From the NCBI GenBank assembly GCA_003971905.1, contig RSEE01000046.1, forward strand, positions 496,001-523,489: a stretch of 27,489 nt of DNA, read 5' to 3'. Below are positions 22,300-27,489 of the stretch, in pieces. A program made the position numbers and the translations under genes. How positions within the stretch are numbered: the stretch's first letter is position 1; each line of letters opens with the position of its first letter. The notes below the pieces were generated by a model. The model saw nothing but the letters and a program-made list of their open reading frames with translations. It was not told the origin of the DNA and did no database searches. Origin of the DNA: Moniliella sp. 'wahieum'. Taxonomy: Eukaryota.

Positions 22300-22930
22300 A
22301 CAGCAGGTCCAAACACGGGCAGGTGGGTGTTGATGGCGCCGCCGCTCCACCAGTTGTCGTCGGATGTCAGAGATGGTCGCGCCCCATCGTGCACTACAAG
22401 CAGGGCTTCCAGGGGAGGTAAGGCGCCCCAGGATTGGTCCAGCATTGAGGTCAGAACACGCCCCAACATCTGATGTTAGCTTGATTCGGATGAAGGTCTA
22501 TGTTGACGGTGCCGGCACAGCACCAATCTTCATCAAACAATACATTGCATACATCACAGCATGCACAGGAAGCGGCTTTCAGGAGCAGCAATGCGCTTCA
22601 GGATTGGACCAGGATTTGGGGTCACACCACATGTGAACATCAGAGGTTAGGTCCAAACAGCGGATGGTCGATGTTGATGCTGCCGGCGCTTTCAACCAAT
22701 TCTGGACGAATCAGAGATCTGTCAACGGTGTAGCGTAGCCCAGAATCAAGGCTTTCAAGATGATGATGCGCTTTTGGATTGTCCAGGATTGAGGTCACCC
22801 ACATCCAATCAGCTCAGGTGCGGTCCGACGGCGCACTGCTCGAACAAACAGCGTCGGTGACCACCAACTCGGGCGAGTCAGAGCATGAGTGGTGGCGTAG
22901 CGTGCCCCTGGTAGTCCTCTTTCAGACGCG
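22300..22930. repeat. Degenerate ~170-bp tandem repeat, 3-4 units
   Basis: Anchor GGATTG(G)WCCAGSATT...GGTCA at 22431, 22601 and 22776. Anchor ACCA...TCAGAG at ~22349, 22696 and 22863. Confidence 0.7.
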
Positions 22931-23403
22931 CACATGGTGGAGGGCAGGCGGTTGCACCACGGTGGAGAACGGGCGTGTGGCGAGGCGAGTTGGTGGGGCG
23001 GGGGCTTGTTCTAATTGGTGGCGACCGAGCTGATCTGACCGCGCAGGCTGCGCGTGCATCGGTGCAATTGCAAATGTTAATATTTTCAGCCAGCGGCGGG
23101 AATGCACTGGCCAGGCGACGGATCTGGTTGGTTTCTTACCACGCCCCCCCCCAACCCGGGGCTTTGCCCGCCCCCAAGGTCTGTTGCCTCGTTTCCCCTC
23201 GTTTTGAGCCTCCAATCTCACTTCACGCTTCCCGCGCCTCATCTGCCACCCCCAGGCCTCCGCTGACCACAGCTTCTGTCGTCTGCCCAGCTTCTGTGTT
23301 CTGCAGCCACCTCCCACCCGTCCCGGGCGGCTTTCTCACGTCCCCCTGCCTCCCCACCGCCCCAGCGCCCGCTCACCTCCCACGCACGCCCAGGCCATCC
23401 CAC

Positions 23404-23464
23404 CACTGACTCGGCCATCCCCACCATTGACTCGGCCACCATCACTATTCATTCGGCCATCCAC
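23404..23464 (+). repeat. Degenerate ~21-bp minisatellite (3 copies)
   Basis: CA(C/T)TGACTCGGCCA-type unit repeated three times. Confidence 0.7.
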
Positions 23465-24002
23465 CGTCGGGCCGGCCAAGCGGAAGCAGGGAATGGTGCA
23501 GGGGATGGTGCTGGCGTTGTGCATGCTTCTGGCCTCGGTCTGGCGTCCTGGCGTCCAAGGTCACCGTCTCGGCTGCTGCCACCGCTGCCGCGCTTGAGTG
23601 GGCCGTCTGGACGCTTGGCTTGGCCATCTGGAAGCTCGTCTGCCCATGTACCACTTGCCTCGCACCCGTCCCAGCAGACCGTGCAGCTTGCCATGCCGTC
23701 CCCGTCCGACGCTCTGCCGGCCCGTGTGCACTCGCTTGGCTGCCTGCTGTCACCTGCTTGGGATGCTCATCCGAACGCCGTCTGGGCCATGTGCAACGTC
23801 GTTCAGCAGAACGGACGCATGCCATCCCATCCATCTCCTTCCATCCCATGCCACCCTGCCTCATTCTGACCGCTCTTGCACCAGTGTTCTGCCCTATCAT
23901 CTTCCACTCCTCCCTCGTCATGCCCCCATCCCAACGCTCGCCGGGGCCATGCTCAGCTCGAGTAGCCCATGTGCAAGTACATCGTCGTGCTCTGTTGTTG
24001 CG

Positions 24003-24230
24003 TCCAAGCTTGCGCTCGCCATCAATCTTGTGCTCATCATGTCCAAGCCGCTCTTGCGCTCTCTCCCAAGCGTGTGCTCGCCACCAAGCCTGTGCTCATC
24101 ATCTCCAAGCCTGCACTCCCCATCAAGCCTGTGCTCGTCATCCCCAAGCTTGTACTCGCCACCAACCTCTGCCCATCATCTCCAAGCTGCGCCCTCCACC
24201 CACGCTCTCCATCCCCAAGCCTGCTCCCAT
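24003..24230 (+). repeat. 39-bp (18+21) dimeric minisatellite
   Basis: CAAGC-type anchors at 24005, 24023, 24044, 24067, 24085, 24106, 24124, 24145, 24163 and 24183, mostly alternating 18/21 spacing. Confidence 0.8.
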
Positions 24231-24992
24231 CTCCACGCCTCTGCTCCCTGTCTTCAACACCAAGCATGTATAGGAACATAGCAATGCATACCATCATTCA
24301 CTACCTCTCCATGCACTCTAGTACATGCACTACAGAAGCATCCGAGCACCTGTCATAGGATGTGAAGCGTACAATGACGACGACGTCGTGGGTCTTTGAG
24401 GCCACCTAACAACGACTGTCCCAGTTTGTCAAGCGCATCATGGCATGCACTTGGATAGATGATCAACAGGCGTACCAGGGCAAGTATCAACGGTGTTCCA
24501 ACGAAACAACAGCATGACTTTGGGACGGTATCAATGCCACCTTTAAGCAATGTGCTGATGCTGTTTGAGGAGCAAATGTACATTGTTCGGACAGGCGAAC
24601 TGGGTGTATACCAGCCACTTCTGCTCATGTTACAAGCACCGTAGGACCAACGATGGAGATGTTTGAACTGCCACCCACTTGGGTTTTGACGACTGATCTG
24701 AGTACGTTTGAGACGCAAATATACATTGTTGAGGATGCGAGCTAGGAGTATACTAGCACGCATACATGTTCGATCCACGTTCAACGAACATGAGAGGTGT
24801 TTGCACAGGCAATTATATGACGGTAAACAGCTCTTCTCCAATGGTGTAACAGCGAATATACGAAGTTTGCAGGCAATGTATCCGGATGTTCAAGCAAGTA
24901 TCGTTACCCACTTGGCATCTCATCCGTGGAGGAACAGCAACGACAGTCAGGATGTTTGAGCGCCGCATCAGGGCAACCGTCGAGGCATCGGA

Positions 24993-25040
24993 GGGTGGGT
25001 GGGTGGGTGCGGGGTGGGTAGGGTTAGGGATGGGGGGGTG
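24993..25040 (+). repeat. G-rich tract with (GGGT)n and GGGTAGGGTTAGGG; G-quadruplex-prone, telomere-like
   Basis: Ten runs of three or more G within 48 bp, including one TTAGGG at 25024-25029. Confidence 0.7.
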
Positions 25041-25106
25041 TAACTTTTGAAGGGTGGTCCAATCGAAAAAGGAGGCATATGCTGCAACGAGAGGACGATT
25101 TCGTCA

Positions 25107-27489
25107 GCGAGATATAGCCCTCGGCGAGCTAAAACTCTCTCCCTTCGGGTAGCGAGCTATAGCCTCGGCATAATCTCTCCCCTTGGGTAGCGAGCTATCG
25201 CCTCGGCATAACCTCTATCCTTCGGGGGGTAGCGAGCTATCGCCTCGGCATAACTCTCTCCCCTTCGGGTAGCGAGCTATGCCTCGGCATAACTCTCTCC
25301 CTTCGGGTAGCGATATCGCCTCGGCATAACTCTCTCCCCTTCGGGTAGCGAGCTATCGCCTCGGCATAACTCTCCCCTTCGGGTAGCGAGCTATCGCCTC
25401 GGCATAACTCTCCCCTTCGGGTAGCGAGCTATCGCCTCGGCATAACTCTCCCTGGTTGGTAGCGAGCTATCGCCTCGGCATAACTCTCCCTTCGGGTAGC
25501 GAGCTATCGCCTCGGCATAATCTCTCCCTTCGGGTAGCGAGCTATCGCCTCGGCATAACTCTCTCCCCTTCGGGGCGAGCTATCGCCTCGGGCATAACTC
25601 TCCCTTCGGGTAGCGAGCTATCGCCTCGGCATCGGCATAACTTCTCCCTTCGGGTAGCGAGCTATCGCCTCGGCATAACTCTCTCCCCTTCGGGTAGCGA
25701 GCTATCGCCTCGGCATAATCTCTCCCTTCGGGTAGCGAGCTATCGCCTCGGCATAACTCTCTCCCCTTCGGGTAGCGAGCTATCGCCTCGGCATAACTCT
25801 CTCCCCTTCTCTTCGGGTACGAGCTATCGCCTCGGCATAACTCTCTCCCCTTCGGGTAGCGAGCTATCGCGCCTCGGCATAACTCTCTCCCCTTCGGGTA
25901 GCGAGCTATCGCCTCGGCATAACTCTCTCCCCTTCGGGTACGAGCTATCGCCTCGGCATAACTCTCTCCCCTTCGGGTAGCGAGCTATCGCCTCGGCATA
26001 ACTCTCTCCCCTTCGGGTAGCGAGCTATCGCCTCGGCATAACTCACTCTCTCCCCTTCGGGTAGCGAGCTATCGCCTCGGCATAACTCTCTCCCCTTCCC
26101 CCTTCGGGTATCGAGCTATCGTCGAGCCTCGGCATAACTCCTCCCCCTTCGGTTAGCGACTATCGCCTCGGCATAACTCTCTCCCCTCGGGTAGCGAGCT
26201 ATCGCCTCGGCATAACTCTCTCCCCTTCGGGTAGCGAGCTATCGCCTCGGCATAACTCTCTCCCCTTTCGGGTAGCGAGCTATCGCCTCGGCATAACTCT
26301 CTCCCCTTCGGGTAGCGAGCTATCGCCTCGGCATAACTCTCTCCCCTTCGGTAGCGAGCTATCGCCGGCATAACTCTCTCCCTTTCGGGTAGCGAGCTAT
26401 CGCCTCGGCAATAACTCTCTCCCCTTCGGGTAGCGCTATCGCGCCTCGGCATAACTCTCTCCCCTTCGGGTAGCGAGCTATCGCCTCGGCATAACTCTCC
26501 CTCCCCTTCGGGTAGCGAGCTATCGCCTCGCATAACTCTCTCCCCCCCTTCGGTAGCGAGCTATCGCCTCGGCATAACTCTCTCCCCTTCGGGTAGCGAG
26601 CTATCGCCTCGGCATAACACTCTCCTCCTCCTTCGGGTAGCGAGCTATCGCCTCGGCATAACTCTCTCCCCTTCGGGTAGCGAGCTATCGCCTCGGCATA
26701 ACTCTCTCTCTCCTTCGGGTAGCTATCGCCTCGGCATAAACTCTCTCCCTCTCTCCCCTTCGGGTAGCGAGCTATCGCCTCGGCATAACCTCTCTCCCCT
26801 TCGGGTAGCGAGCTATCGCCTCGGCATACTCTCCCCTTCGGGTAGCGAGCTATCGCCTCGGCATAACCTCTCCCCTTCGGGTTAGCGAGCTATCGCCTCG
26901 GCATAACTCTCTCCCCTTCGGGTAGCGAGCTATCGCCTCGGCATAACTCTCTCCCCTTCGGGTAGCGAGCTATCGCCTCGGCATAACTCTCTCCCCTTCG
27001 GGTAGCGAGCTATCGCCTCGGCATAACTCTCTCCCCTTCGGGTAGCGAGCTATCGCCTCGGCATAACTCTCCCCTTCGGGTAGCGAGCTATCGCCTCGGC
27101 ATAACTCTCTCCCCTTCGGGTAGAGAGCTATCGCCTCGGCTAACTCTCTCCCCTTCGGGTAGCGAGCTATCGCCTCGGCATAACTCTCTCCCCTTCGGGT
27201 AGCGAGCTATCGCCTCGGCATAACTCTCTCCCCTTCGGGTAGCGAGCTATCGCCTCGGCATAACTCTTCCCTTCGGGTAGCGAGCTATCGCCTCGGCATA
27301 ACTCTCTCCCCTTCGGGTAGCGAGCTATCGCCTCGGCATAACTCTCTCCCCTTCGGTAGCGAGCTATCGCCTCGGCATAACTCTCTCCCCTTCGGGTAGC
27401 GAGCTATCGCCTCGGCATAACTCTCTCCCCTTCGGGTAGCGAGCTATCGCCTCGGCATAACTCTCTCCCCTTCGGGTAGCGAGCTATCG
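25107..27489 (+). repeat. Tandem array of a 40-bp unit (about 59 copies), runs off the window end
   Basis: Consensus CGGGTAGCGAGCTATCGCCTCGGCATAACTCTCTCCCCTT. An exact 40-nt period is visible at 26900-27060. Variation is mostly indels in the CT/C tract. No unique spacers. Confidence 0.98.

Noticed and set aside
25456..26533. ORFs 25456-25980 (+) and 26153-26533 (-)
   Set aside because: They are translations of the 40-bp satellite (not a multiple of 3), open only through incidental indels.
25107..27489. CRISPR array
   Set aside because: Units are head-to-tail with no unique spacers, there are no cas genes, and the context is eukaryotic.

Overview
This is GC-rich eukaryotic DNA, fungal and probably basidiomycete (short GTACGT...CTRAC...YAG introns, intron-poor genes). 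It looks like the approach to a chromosome or contig end. Almost every gene carries several 1-nt indels, most simply explained by uncorrected long-read error, so exact CDS structures are approximate. The gene-containing part (2.4-17.7 kb) holds: glycogen branching enzyme (GLC3/GBE1), two short-chain dehydrogenases, a Gly/Pro/Tyr-rich RRM protein divergent from a ZCCHC10-like zinc-knuckle/RS protein, an intron-containing tRNA-Leu(UAG), a membrane-anchored GH5 glucanase and a Cdc25/rhodanese-type (HCX5R) phosphatase. A decayed CRE-clade (Cnl1/MoTeR-like) non-LTR reverse transcriptase fragment, split across several frames, lies at 16.3-16.9 kb. From 18.1 kb I recognise no intact gene. That region has a truncated Hsp70 pseudogene, a decayed zinc-finger gene resembling DUF3505/telomere-linked-helicase N-termini, a 56-bp motif repeated 3 kb apart, several minisatellites and a G-rich tract with one TTAGGG. 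It ends in a >2.3 kb array (about 59 copies) of a self-complementary 40-bp unit that runs off the window and shares a core with the 56-bp motif. This terminal architecture is the best candidate for an undescribed system.
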